Positions 1 through 12,398 of a stretch of 64,000 nt of DNA are shown piece after piece. Source of the DNA: Macrostomum lignano (taxonomy: Eukaryota); assembly GCA_002269645.1 (NCBI GenBank), contig NIVC01002422.1:38583-102582 (forward strand), read 5' to 3'. Each line of letters opens with the position of its first letter. Position 1 is the first letter of the stretch. Below the pieces are notes generated by a model that had not been told where the DNA came from, did not search any database, and saw only the letters and a list, made by a program, of their open reading frames with translations. A program made the translations under genes and the position numbers.

Positions 1-389
1 TTTATTGAAAAAATCACGCATTTTGAGCAGTTTTTAGCACTTTTAGGTAGGAAAACTTAAATTTAAGAAATTTCAAGGTACACTTGTAGCCTAAGACATT
101 CAACGTAGTGAGTTTAGGGTGGGTGCAAAATTTGATGTAATTTAGTTGAGCGGTTTGGGAGTCCATTGTGATCAAAATTGTATATAGACACACATACACA
201 GACAGTTTTCATTTATATATATTTAGAGTAGAACTCCTCCTTTGGAGGAGAAAGGGAAAGAACTCCCATCACCGGAATTCCATTCCCTGAAATCCATCAG
301 CTGAAATTCCATGATTTGAATCCCATTGTCAAAATCATCTCCAAATCATCTATAAAGCCTTTCAAATACCTGCACCCTGCGCTCTCATT

Positions 390-1000
390 TTTACCCTTTT
401 CTTTCTTCTCACTAATTACTCCTCTCTACTCTTACATCTCTCATCTCTCTTCTCTCTCCTCTCTCCTTCTCTTGCTTCTCTCCTCTCTACCCCCTTATTT
501 ATAACTTTTCCTAATTCCTTCGTCTTTCGTGTCTACTCTCTCCTGTCTCCTCTCTCCCAGCTCTTCTCTCTTATCTCTACCCTCTTCTCTCCTCTCTCAT
601 CTCTCATCTACTCTCTCATCTCTCATCTACTCTCTTATCTCTCTCCTCTCTCCTCTATCTTCTTTTTCCCTCTTCTCTCTGCTTTCAATTTTCACATCTC
701 CTATATCTATATGCTCTCACACTCTCCTTTTGTATCTCATCTCACCTTTCCACCCTCTTTTCTACCATCTCCTGTCTCCTCTATTCTTTCTTATCTCTTC
801 TCTTTTTTCTCTCCTTTCTCCTCCCATCTTGAATCTTCTCCCCTCTCTTCTCTCCTATTCTCTCCTCTAAACTCGAATCTCTTTCTCTCTTTTTCTCACT
901 CATCTCTTTTCCCATTGCATCTGTAATCCCTCCTCTTTCGTATCTACTCTCCTTTCTATCATCTCTCCTCTCGTCTCTGCTCACTTTTCTCTTTACTCTC
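390..1000. repeat. CT-rich low-complexity pyrimidine tract
   Basis: Degenerate (CT)n/CTCCT sequence; its S/L-rich ORFs are artefacts. Confidence 0.85.
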
Positions 1001-1320
1001 TTATCTGACTGACTGAAGGTGCCGAATCCATTGAACTCCTCTCCATGAAACAAAAATCTAGCAAAATTCTCTCCATGAAACTGCAGTCCATCAAAATTCT
1101 TTTTGCAAAACAAATCATTTCTGTGAAACTGAAAACCATCAAAATCCTCTCCATGAAACTGGACTTAATCAAAATTTTCTCCATCAAAAAGAACTAACTC
1201 AGGATTCAGTGGTTAAGGTTACCAGTTAAGGTTAGAGCTGCACAGAGCTGCCTGTTTAAAGGCACAGAAAGTTCAATAATAGAAAAATTGAACTAATTGA
1301 AGCAATATAATGCACAATCA

Positions 1321-1630
1321 ATTTCTCAGTAAGTCAGTATCAGTCTCAGTTAAAGTTAACAAAATGATTGCGCAATTTAAATTAACTATCCAATACACAG
1401 TGACCACCCCCTTCAATACACAGCGGCAAGTAGAAGTTGAACCCCCCAACTTGATCTCTGACCTAATCGCAAAATTGATTTCTCAGTAAGTCAGTATCAG
1501 TCTCAGTTAAAGTTAACAAAATGATTGCGCAATTTAAATTAACTATCCAATACACAGTGACCACCCTTTCAATACACAGTGGCAAGCAGAAGTTGAACCC
1601 CCCAACTCGATCTCTGACCTATTGCAAAAA
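1321..1630. repeat. 157-bp tandem duplication (2 copies)
   Basis: ATTTCTCAGTAAGTCAGTATCAG... starts at 1321 and again at 1478, and the copies are near-identical to about 1630. Confidence 0.9.
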
Positions 1631-3223
1631 TAAGTATAATCTTTGCAAAAGTATGGAAATCGTTTTTTGAATGCTGTGCTTTTAGTTTTCATATTTAAAG
1701 CAAACAACTTATATCCCCAAACTTGGCGTTGCAAGATCTTCCCAGCAATATAAGTCTTTACTCTTAAAGTTTAAAACTCAAGGAACAGTTAGCATTTGAA
1801 ATTTCCCAATTTCCTGACTGCTTGGTACATTGAGACAGAGGTTTGCAAGTTTATTCATTAAATTTTACTGCCTAGCAAGACACAGGGGCTGTGTATTGAA
1901 AGGTGCCAATAATAAAACCAATTGAATCTTGACAGTCATTTTTGCTTACACTATACAACAGCTATGTACACTACACTCAGCCCAAGCCCCCTGCCTGTTC
2001 GGGGGAATCATTAAATTTTATTGCACTCCCAACACACGGAGAGGTTCTATTTGCATTGAACGCAGAACATGCGCATCTCCCCCCAATACATAGCCATTTG
2101 CGGGCAGAGGTTGGGGTAGTTTTTTTACAAACTGACTGTAGCCCAGGCAGAGTGGCCAAAGAAGGTTTTTGAGGGTTTAAAAAACAGTTTTCTGCTTTTT
2201 AGGGATCTTGAAATTTGAAAATTAAAAATTAAAATAGTCTAAAGCCTGATCCGGAAAATTTGCAGTTTTTTCGTATGAGTTTTGATGCTGACTTGCCAGA
2301 ATTGTAGGAGTTCACTTGCAACATACATATAGAAAGACAAACAACGCACCAGTTTTAGTATTAAGAGAATATATAGATTTTACCACTGTGACCAAAAATT
2401 GATCCATAACTATATATATACTCAATTACAAACTCCTTTTTTGGTTTCAGTTACATTTATTGTTATAAAAAACCAACAAATGTATTATAGGTTACAATAG
2501 TTCCTTGCACTTCCAAGAATAAGAAAATAAAATAAAAATTTTTAATTTACCTAAATTCAAAAAAGAAAATATTTTTGCAAACAAGACTCCACTAGTGTTA
2601 ATATGGCTCTGGCTGCCATGTCTATAAGGGGCCTAATATTAGAGCCATAGTCCAGATCATGCTGGGCGCATATCTAAACAAAAATTGATTAATTATAAAT
2701 GCATGCCAAAATAAATGGAGTGCATGTCCATTCCTAAAACTATGCTGGAGTTGTAACAATAAATGACATTTTTTATATTGTAACAATAAATGACTTTTTG
2801 AATTGTATAATAGATCCTTTTTGGTAGATAATTTGGGTAATTTTTCTGCTTTATGGCAATACTATTTCTATTGAAAAATTTATACATGCTAAAATTTGTT
2901 TAAATGCTTTATTAAAAGCTTTAAAAACCCAAAAAGCTTGAAATTTATGCTTAAAAATGAACTTTTTCATACTTTTCAAATTCACAACAACTCTATTGCA
3001 CGCACACTATTTTCTTAGGAGTGATGCATGCCAACTGTACACGCCTACTGTTGGCATGCAAGGCCATGCACGCCTAAATTTTCAACATATACTATATGAT
3101 CTGGAGTGTGGTATTAGAGCTTGTAGACACAGCCGCTCTGTCAGTAATGTAGAATACATCTTACACTGGCTGGAGGCTGTGTCAATGAAGCCTGCACAGC
3201 GCCAGTGGCCATGTTGTTATTAT

Positions 3224-4081
3224 CAGTGTTGGGCAAGTTACTCAAAAAAGATTGCGTTACTATAACTTAAGTTACCAATTTTTAAAAAGTAACTTACGTT
3301 AGCCTAGTAACTTTAGACAAAAACCTGGTAACTTTTAAGTTACTGTCTGTTACTCACTTCCCTTACCCATGTTATTAACAAAATTTTCTGCTTTTTTCAC
3401 ATTGAACATTTTTTCATATCGTTGTTACCGAAATTTGCCATTGGGCATTGGGATTAACCGATTAACAGACAGAGACAGGAATTGGTGACACGATGTGAGG
3501 CAAGTAGAAGGACCAATGGGCAATGGCAATCAATAATTAAAATTGATTAAATGATAAATTAATAAATAATAAATGATAAATTAAACGAATATCAATAATT
3601 CAATTGAGTAAAATAAATAGAACTGTATAAAATGGTATAGTGTACTGCAGTGCCAGTGGAGGGACTTGTGGAGGCTACAGATGAATTTCTTTCTTTGGTT
3701 GTTTGTTTGAATCAAACTTAAAAATTTTAAGTAACGAAAATGAGGGCAAAAATATTTTACTGAAATTAACAAAGTAAAACATGTTTCAAGTATTTCTTCA
3801 TTAATTAAACGCAATACCATATGATACTATTCACTTAATTTTGAATTAAGGAATGAAAAATGCAAAAACATGTGACAACCGGCGTAATAGCTAAGCATTT
3901 CAGTTTTAAATTTAAATATTGTGATTGTTGCAAAGTAACTGTAACAGACTTCCGAAATTTGAGTAACTTACCGTTACTCCGTTACTAAAATAAAAAAGTA
4001 ACTTGCGTAAGGAACGCTTTACGAAAAAGTAACTTGCGTTACCATTTGCAAGTTACTCGGTAACGGAAATGCCCAACACTG
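3224..4081. mobile_element. Non-autonomous hAT-type DNA transposon (MITE), 858 bp
   Basis: TIR CAGTGTTGGGCA (3224-3235) and TGCCCAACACTG (4070-4081). Flanking 8-mers GTTATTAT / GTTGTTAT match 7/8 (TSD). Many subterminal GTTAC/GTAAC motifs; no transposase ORF. Confidence 0.85.
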
Positions 4082-4169
4082 GTTGTTATTGAATGGGTTC
4101 ACATTCACACTTAAAGACACAAAGGTTGGAGGGTGGCAGTGTCCCTAATATAGAATAGAATCCATTCGT

Positions 4170-4302
4170 CATTGGAGACGGTGGCTGTCTCCTTATTGGC
4201 AATATTGCCAAATTAGAGCCACGGTATATTGTGTGCTTAACGTTATAGACAAGGCGGACGTGCCTATAAGCTCCAACATTCTAGACAGCCGCCGTGTCAA
4301 TG
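4170..4302. mobile_element. Small imperfect inverted-repeat element (possible MITE)
   Basis: CATTGGAGACGGTGGCTGTCT (4170-4190) is an imperfect inverse of AGACAGCCGCCGTGTCAATG (4283-4302); no clear TSD. Confidence 0.45.
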
Positions 4303-5942
4303 GGTACTTAAAAAACTGAATAAGGCAAATAATGTACTAAAACGGGAATTATTAACATACCTTTATTGAAGACATTTTGTACTAACTAAAATTGCACTGA
4401 TAGTAATAAGAGTGTAAGAAGGAAAAACTACGAAACCGTATTTGCGAAAAATTCAGCTGACGCAAAGGCAAACCAAACCAAAACCAAAACAGCGTAGAAC
4501 GTTCTTGGAAAACCATCCTATTAAAGCATGTGCCCAATAAAACAAAAAACTCAGAGGTATCCATTTCAATGACAAAAAATAATATACTGCTTAGCTTTTA
4601 TCCTGTTAGTAAGAACTGTTTAAATATATACATTTTTTTATTTTCCACCCTTGTTCATTTTTTTTAATTTTTCGTTTCTTATGCACTTAGTAATTGAGGT
4701 GCAGGGCGGAGGAGGTTGTTGTCTTGGAAATCGGTTGGGTTTTGAAATTTGCTGACACCAACTTGAGGTGGGGCGGGTACACGTTTGAATTGCCGCCGAC
4801 GTTGAGCTCGCACGAATAAAGCCGGAAATCGCGCAGACGAATCACAACGAATTATTTCCTCCTGTTTTACTCCGACTGCCGGGTTCTCAAGTCCGGGGGG
4901 AGGGTAGTCGCAATCGTAGTCGAGCGGTCGTAAGCGGCACGGTCGTTCAGATTTAGGAATACCGGAGGTTCGGACTCCGTATATTTAATGCGTCGAACTG
5001 TTTGACTGATTACTGTCAGTAGGGTAGTTGCTGCCACCACCGTAATTGCGTATTACGGAACGTTGAGATCTCAGAGCTCGTTCGGAGATGAGATTAATGG
5101 GTTGTTTAACGCCCCACGGGCAAATTACTCAAGATAAACTACGAAGGCTTCAGTCAATTAACGAAACTTAAGGAGAACTACGTCGATCGTCTTTATTTCC
5201 TAAACGCACGAGATAATTAAAAGGTGGAATATTAAGTTAAACTAGTTAATGAGCCAAGCTGGCGAGGATTTCTATTAATGACGATTATGAAACGCGCTAG
5301 TGCCGGGAGTGCAGACGATAAATTAAAACTGAACTAGGCAATCACCGGAAACAAAATCGCAAGAGCAGAAGGATGGAAAAGAAAATGAAAAGGGAAAGGA
5401 AAAAACAAAATCAGAAGGGAAAGGGGGAGGGAATGCATGATCGTCACATAAAACACTTATTTCAATAGTAACGTACATTGAGTGGGGCAGGGGATGGGAC
5501 AACCGGGCAGGCGATGGGGCAACCGGTGGGGCAACAGGTGGGGCAAACAGTGGACGAAAACGACCAACGGGATCAGCACAGAAAAACAAAGGGCCAGGCG
5601 AAAAGGACAACAAGACCAACGGGAGGGGCCAGAGGCGAAAAAAACAGGACCAACAGGAGGGGCAACGAGTGGGGACAACAGCTGGGGCAACGGGTGGCAG
5701 TGACGTAAATCAGTCCATCGAATTAAAATAATTTCGCAATTGCCGTTCACTAAGTGGTAGTCCCGGCTACCACATAATGTTAAGCTGAGCTTAAATTTTC
5801 TACAAATTCTGCAAGTACCCGTATACCAACCACCTAGTCCTAGTTAAACCTTTCAAATTTGGTGCCCCTTTGGATAAAGCATGCTTCCATGTCGCGCTTT
5901 CAGAAGCGTCTAGCTATTATGTTATTGCGCTCTTTTTTTGTA

Positions 5943-6367
5943 GGCTATCCTTCAGTTTCGTTCGTTTAATTATTTTCGAAGAAATATATACGCTCAAAGA
6001 ACGAGCCCTTCCTGATGGACTCCTGAGCGCGGCAGTCCTTGTTGCAGGCCCAGGTCCAGCCATCAACGTAACAATCACCTTGACGACGTTGAAGCGCATT
6101 TGGGGTGTCTAAGGGCAGTTGTTGTTGTGGCACTGGTGCTCGTTGGGCAGCAGCTGGTACTTCGCCAGCCAGCGCATCACAGATTGCGTGTCAGCAGTCA
6201 GGATAGCGAGGTCACACATCTTCATGAACAGAAGATTCATGACCTGACCTCAGCTGGTGGGACAATTGTTGTCAGAGCAGATGGGTGACCCGCCATGCTG
6301 AAAAAGGGGTAAAAAATAATATAAGACTCTGAAAATAATTAAACAAAAACAAAACTGAAGGATAGCC
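5943..6367 (-). mobile_element. Merlin (IS1016/IS1595-like) internal-deletion derivative, 425 bp
   Basis: TIRs begin GGCTATCCTTCAGTTT at both ends (about 36 bp, imperfect inward). Perfect 8-bp TSD TTTTTGTA at 5935-5942 and 6368-6375. Interior encodes a Merlin-like transposase N-terminus. Confidence 0.88.
5966..6240 (-). pseudogene. Merlin/ISXO2-like transposase N-terminal zinc-ribbon remnant
   Basis: MNLLFMKMCDLAILTADTQSVMRWLAKYQLLPNEHQCHNNNCP*..MR/QRRQGDCYVDGWTWACNKDCRAQESIRKGSFFE. It has the WL..(g)LL, C..C, DG..W.C...C and SIRKGSFF motifs, one stop and one frameshift; the catalytic DDE region is absent. Confidence 0.8.
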
Positions 6368-6739
6368 TTTTTGTATCACATTTAATCGGAAGAAAATACA
6401 TTCTTTTGTATTTAAACGGGCAATAAAGAAGTTGCAGTAATTAAGAATTCTGTATTTATTATAAAATTTTGCTAGAACTAGCTATGAGTAAGAAAACAAA
6501 TATAGCTATTGATTCTAGCCTAGACTTAAAGCCTCTACGTCTACATCTGATTTAGCATTGTGGTTATCTGACAAAAGTCTTGTGGTGGTTTTTTAGAACC
6601 AAAATATAGTCATTACTAAATAGGCCTAGGTCTACTTTTTAAAAATTTTCACAAATAGGCATTGAATTTTTTCTACATAGGCGATAGGCCTAGCTTTGTC
6701 AGTATGTCAGCTCAGCAATAACTAGGCCATCGCCTAATA

Positions 6740-6989
6740 AGGCTTAGGCCCTACAACTAAAAAATCATTTTTGACTTTGAATACATTTTTATTGGTAGCT
6801 AGGCTTAATTATGATAGGTAAAGGCCTAGGCCTATTTACTAAATTGTATAGCTATATGGCCATGGCAAAGGCAAGAGTAAACCTAGATAAATTTCTGCAT
6901 GGCATACTTTGATTAAGCAGGTTGCTTCTGCTGGCATGCTTTGAAGATAAAGGGACTGGAAATGGAGACAGACATAAAGAGAGCTAAAG

Positions 6990-7025
<36 letters not shown>

Positions 7026-10000
7026 AGAATGGCAAGTTGCATCTGCAAGGCACACTTTATTAAGCAGGTAGCTTTGGCTGGCACTGAAATATTTTTATGT
7101 ATTGTTGGTTATGTTTTCAACTTTTGTGCTTATGGTTAGCACAAATAATATAAAGGTAAAGTAATGACAAGTATTCCAAAGATCACAACAGTCTCAATGA
7201 TGTTAGTAGGCCTAATCTATTTCAATATTTACTCAGTGATAGTCAACTATCAAAGCACAGTGCAAATTTAAGTAGAAAGCTAAAATCCCAAGACCAAAAA
7301 GAGCGATCAAACCAATACTAAGTAAATAATGCAAATACAAATTTTGTGTTTGGTTATAGCAAATCTATAAACTGCAATCTATTTAAAGTAAAAAAATATA
7401 AATTTGTAGTCAGGCCCTAGTTATAATCTTGATGAAAATATAGCTGATCTGAAAAGAGCAAAGCAAGGCTCTTGTATTATAAAAGTTGGGCTTTGCTTAA
7501 ATTATCAAATATCAAGGCACATCATGGGTAGAAATTGTGCCATAAAGGCATTTTTTGTTAAACAAATTTTGGTAATATTGAATTGGCAAGTGCTTATATA
7601 TTTCTTTTGTATCAAACTTTTTGTTTTAGGTTAGTTCTCTAAATTGGGACCAAAGTCTAGTTCAGCAAATTTACTTACCTTTGTGTCTATATTTGTTTAT
7701 ATATACCTAAGTATAACTTAAAAAATGGACTTCTTCTATAATGCCATTTACCTAGTTTGTATCCCAAAATAAAGTTCTTGAAACAAATAATTGTATATTA
7801 CCAACTTTCTTTAGTCAAAATGTCAGTTCTTCCAATAGCTTCAACATTGCAACTTCTATCTTATTCAATAGTTTGGACTTGGCTATGTTACGCATAAGCA
7901 GCTTAGTCTATTGCACTAGACTACATTGTATTTTGCTCACTTGATTTGTCAAAAGACTGACAAAACCATTATTTGTATCAGCCAAAGTAGCTAAATAGAT
8001 ATCTAGAACCTTTTTGTATGTTGAAAATGATAGGAGAGCAACAAGCAATAATGAGTCTTTTAATAAGTTGCTACATTGAATCACACATTGAATTCGTTAT
8101 TAAGTTCTATATGGAATAGGCCTAAGAACTCAAGTTTACTTTAGTGTAGAAAATATGGCATTAAATAGGTTTAAGAAATCAATTTAGGCTTACTGCAAGA
8201 TATTACACATTGAACCTTGTATTGAATAGGCTTAAAAACTTAGTTGAGATTTGTATGAAGATCTCACATTGAATCCCACATTGAATCAGCCTAAAAACTC
8301 AAGTTAAGTTTAGTGCATAAGCTTTTGTTTGAATATTATACAAGCTTATATGCACTCTTATGTTTTTTATTAGGTCATTTTCTAGGCTTATCTCAATTCT
8401 TAAGATGGCAGGTTGCCAAAAAAGCTGCTTTATTGCTCTCATTTACTAAATAGACAACTAGGGGTCTTAGATAGTTTAAAGGAGTTGCTGATTGCCAATT
8501 CACCTGGAAGTAACAATTAGCATAATTAAGGATATTATCTTTAGGCCATCTTGCATGATGCTTTCAAGCTTATCTATTTCTTGGAGCCTATAGATTATAT
8601 TGTCTTTTATGTTATATTAGTTGATCTCCTCTATAGTTTCATTGAAACTAATGTTGTAGGTGATAGTCTACTTGCCCCTCTCAATTGACTAGCTTTGAGA
8701 TTCATTCTTTGAGTGGTCAGCTTGACATTTAGGACTTTAAGTTGCTCCATAAAGTTAACTTTAGATCATACAAACATGCACTTTGTAATCTTGACATGTA
8801 TAGATAAGCCTATTGTCACTAAGGCCATTTGAAATGGTGGTAAAGACTGGCTTGGTCAAGTCAAAATAGGACTAGTGGCACTAGTGGTAACAACTTTTAT
8901 ATTGATACCTTTATATATTTCATCATAGTAAAATAGCCATTTGTCATCCTTGGTCTCCTATTGTATTTTAGCCTATTGATAAGAAAGAAATACCTATTGG
9001 TAATGCCTCTTGATCTTCAAGATAGCTTTTTAGTTTGCCTTTTTATGACATTGAGTGGGTATCATAATTAGTGTTAATTTTAAGTATTGAATCTCTAGAA
9101 TCTTGTCTTGCATTTAATTTGAAAAAAAACTTAGAAAACTTGGTAAATTAGAGCCCAACCCATATTATTACCATTATTTAGAATATCCCATATGGTGGTA
9201 TCCAATTAAAAATGATATCCAATAAATAGTAATATCAATTATTAATTAATTAGATACTATTAATATCCAATTAATAGTATCCAATTAAATTCAAAACATA
9301 ATTTCATTATTACCTTGCTTTGGTTATTTGTTTCTAATCTATTAAAAGTATCTCATTAGATAATTATTTGATGTTCTACCTTTCTTGCAAATCCAAAAGA
9401 CTAGAACTGAATATACTACTTAGTTGGTTGCTAGATAAAAAATATTATTGAAGATATAAGCCATTGAATTTCTTAGCACAATTTCTTTATCCATGCTAAG
9501 CAATTAATAGTTAATGAATGCAAATAGTAAGGATTTCACTTCTTGACACCAATTTTTATTGCAAGTCTTGAGCTTTCAATGGTGAATAAGAAAAAATATA
9601 TGACAAGTTTTTAATTTATTTAGCTAAGTTAGTTATTGTTATTATTTATATACTTGCTAACAATGGAAAGGATGCAAAAATGCTAAGATACTAAGTATTT
9701 AAAAAGAGTATGAAAACAAAAATTAAATTTTCGGAAAAACCAGCTAGATTTAAACCTAAGATGCCAATAAAAAGATAGTTAAATTAATAGAAACTAAAGT
9801 ACAATTTCTCAAAATTAAGTCAAATTGAAACAATAACTAAATAACTAGCAAATTACTCAATTACAAAATAATTTCTATATATACGAGCTAACTTCACATC
9901 AAAACTTAAAAATAAATATTTTAACAATTTTGTTACAAATGGCTAAAGAAGAAAAAATGTTTCTAAAAATTAGTAGGCCTAATCATATTTTAAGAGATGA

Positions 10001-12060
10001 GACTAAGCCCCTTTGTGCTTTAGTATAATCATCTGAAATCTAGTTTTATCATATATAGGTAGCTTATATAATAATAGCATCATATAACAAAATGTGATTA
10101 AGCAAGTCTAGTAGCTCATAACAGCCAGCTAGAATAGCTAAGTCAAGGAACATCTGAATAGTAGGAATGAATCCTGGTATTTCATTACCAAGTATATGAA
10201 TATTATAATTTTGTTCCTAAAATTAAAATTTTAAGAAAATTTAAATTTTTGGGCCTAACTATTAGCCTAAACATATTTATAATATGTTTTTCCATGGCCT
10301 AATACTCTTGAAAAAGGCCTACTTTAAATTTTGAAGATTCTATTATATAGTAAGTTGCTATTTGGAGTCTTTGGACTAATATAAAGACAATATGCTTGCA
10401 AAAGAGCAAAAGGTAAAAGACCAATTGGAAGATTATTAAGCACTGAAACCTAGTCTTAATAGGCTTACTTGATAGGCTAGTTTACATATAAAAATATTAT
10501 AGTATTATACCATATTAGCAAGGGTTGTACTGGTAATATAACTAATCAATTTCTAATATTCACTCAATATTTTGCTAAAATAGGAATTAAAAGAAATAAA
10601 TATATGAAGCTATTCATAAATTGGAGACATGCTTATGGCCTTATAATAATCCAAAGTTAGTATGATCCAAATAAATTTAAAATTCATCTTTTGGCAATTT
10701 TTTGTATAATTCTTTTTATAAATTTTAAAGTTAAATAGACTATGTAATACATGGTAATCTAACAATAGTCCAAGAGCTAAGAGGAAAATAGATGCAATAC
10801 TAGGGATATTCCTTTATGTGTTGAATCTGTAATGTTCATTGCATAAGTGACTCTTGGTATATTCCTAGTTGTCTTGAATGGTGTTGGTATATACAATGTT
10901 GATATTTGGATTGATTATTTGTCTCAATTAAGGATACCAATTCTGGCTTTAAAAACCCTATCAAGATAAAGAATTTTTGTCACTTTTCCTGGGATCTCTA
11001 AGGACATTGGAAGAAAAATTAAAACAAAATATGCATTTAAAGCTATAGTTATAACAATTTGTTGAGACATAGCATTTTTGGTATTTTCATTTGCTTAATA
11101 TTGTTTTTACTATTTTGCAACAAATAAAGCATATAAATTAGCATCTTTGCTGATATTCTATGTAATAAAAAGGCTGTCAACTGGTTGTAGATGTGGTATG
11201 CTAGTATGGTACAAGAAAAAATATACAATTTAAATTTTAAAACAACTAGAAAGCAAAACCTTAAATATTTTAGAAAACTATTGGTTGTAATACAAATTGC
11301 ACTATATACAATGTAAATTGTAAATCAAAATCAAAATAGGACCTAAAGCATAAACCTTAAGTTATAAGTAACAATGTATGATATATTTCTTGCTTACTTA
11401 TTTGAATGAGTTCTTATATGGGTTCTAACTTCTAACCTCTAATGAGATATTTTGAGCTAGAATTAAGGTCAATCTTAAGTTTCTAGTTTCAAGGCTACTA
11501 TGATATAATACTATATAATCAGCCACACTACTAGATTCTAAAATTGGTCTTAAAATTGTTGTCAGATTAAAAAAGACCAATTTAAAATGCTAAGCTTTTT
11601 ACTAGAAGGTCTCACTAGATATTAAATTATCAAATCATATGTAGCAACCAAATACAAGTTGCAACAATAAATATATTTTGGGCCTCTAAAGTGTGATTAC
11701 AATAGTGCTAGTCAAAAGAATCTTGTTGCTTATTAACTTGGATTTTTTTTAAAACAGTCTTATTGCAAAGGCCTTTTCTGCCTCAACATTGCATCTCACT
11801 TGGACTTTGATTTAAAGCTGCAGGTTGCATTAAGATAGATGCTTTCCTTGATCCAGACAGTAGTACTAGCTTTTGTGCAATGTGTACAAAAATTTATGCA
11901 TGCCAGGTCCAGGATGTTACCTCAATATTCCATACTATATTATCACCTTGCTAACTCATTCAATACCACCTTGTTCAAATCCTGTATCTAGACAAACTTG
12001 ATCTGCAGTTGTAGTTTGATTCATAGGCACAGTTTGATCCATAGGCACAGCTTGATCTAT
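6740..12060. other. CpG-void, TpA-rich hypermutated block
   Basis: Only about 5 CG dinucleotides seen (7304, 7891, 8095, 9732, 9884); no unique-sequence ORF >=60 aa between about 7.1 and 11.9 kb. Confidence 0.85.
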
Positions 12061-12334
12061 ACGCACAGCTTGATCCACAGGCACAGCTTGATCTACAGGC
12101 ACAGCTTGATCTATAGGCACAGCTTGATATATAGGCACAGCCTGATCTATAGACACAGCTTGATCTATACGCACAGCTTGATCCACAGACACAGCTTGAT
12201 CTACAGGCACAGCCTGATCTATAGGCACAGCTTGATATATAGGCACAGCCTGATCTATAGGCACAGCTTGATCTATAGGCACAGCTTGATCCACAGGTAC
12301 AGCTTGATCTGTAGGCACAGCTTGATCTATAGGC
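12022..12334. repeat. 18-bp minisatellite (YAYAGGCACAGCTTGATC, about 17 units)
   Basis: Direct tandem units; source of the DQAVPI and HRHSLI ORFs. Confidence 0.95.
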
Positions 12335-12398
12335 TATATGTATAATTTGCAACCACTATCAGTGCTTTTATTCACAATTTCATGCTCTAGCCTACACC

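Noticed and set aside
4760-5340. rRNA fragment, or a mirror-image (reversed/complemented) segment
   Set aside because: No universal SSU/LSU motifs were found. The CG>GC skew suggested a mirror reading, but the reversed and complemented translations gave nothing recognisable and the normal minus strand already reads as plausible sequence.
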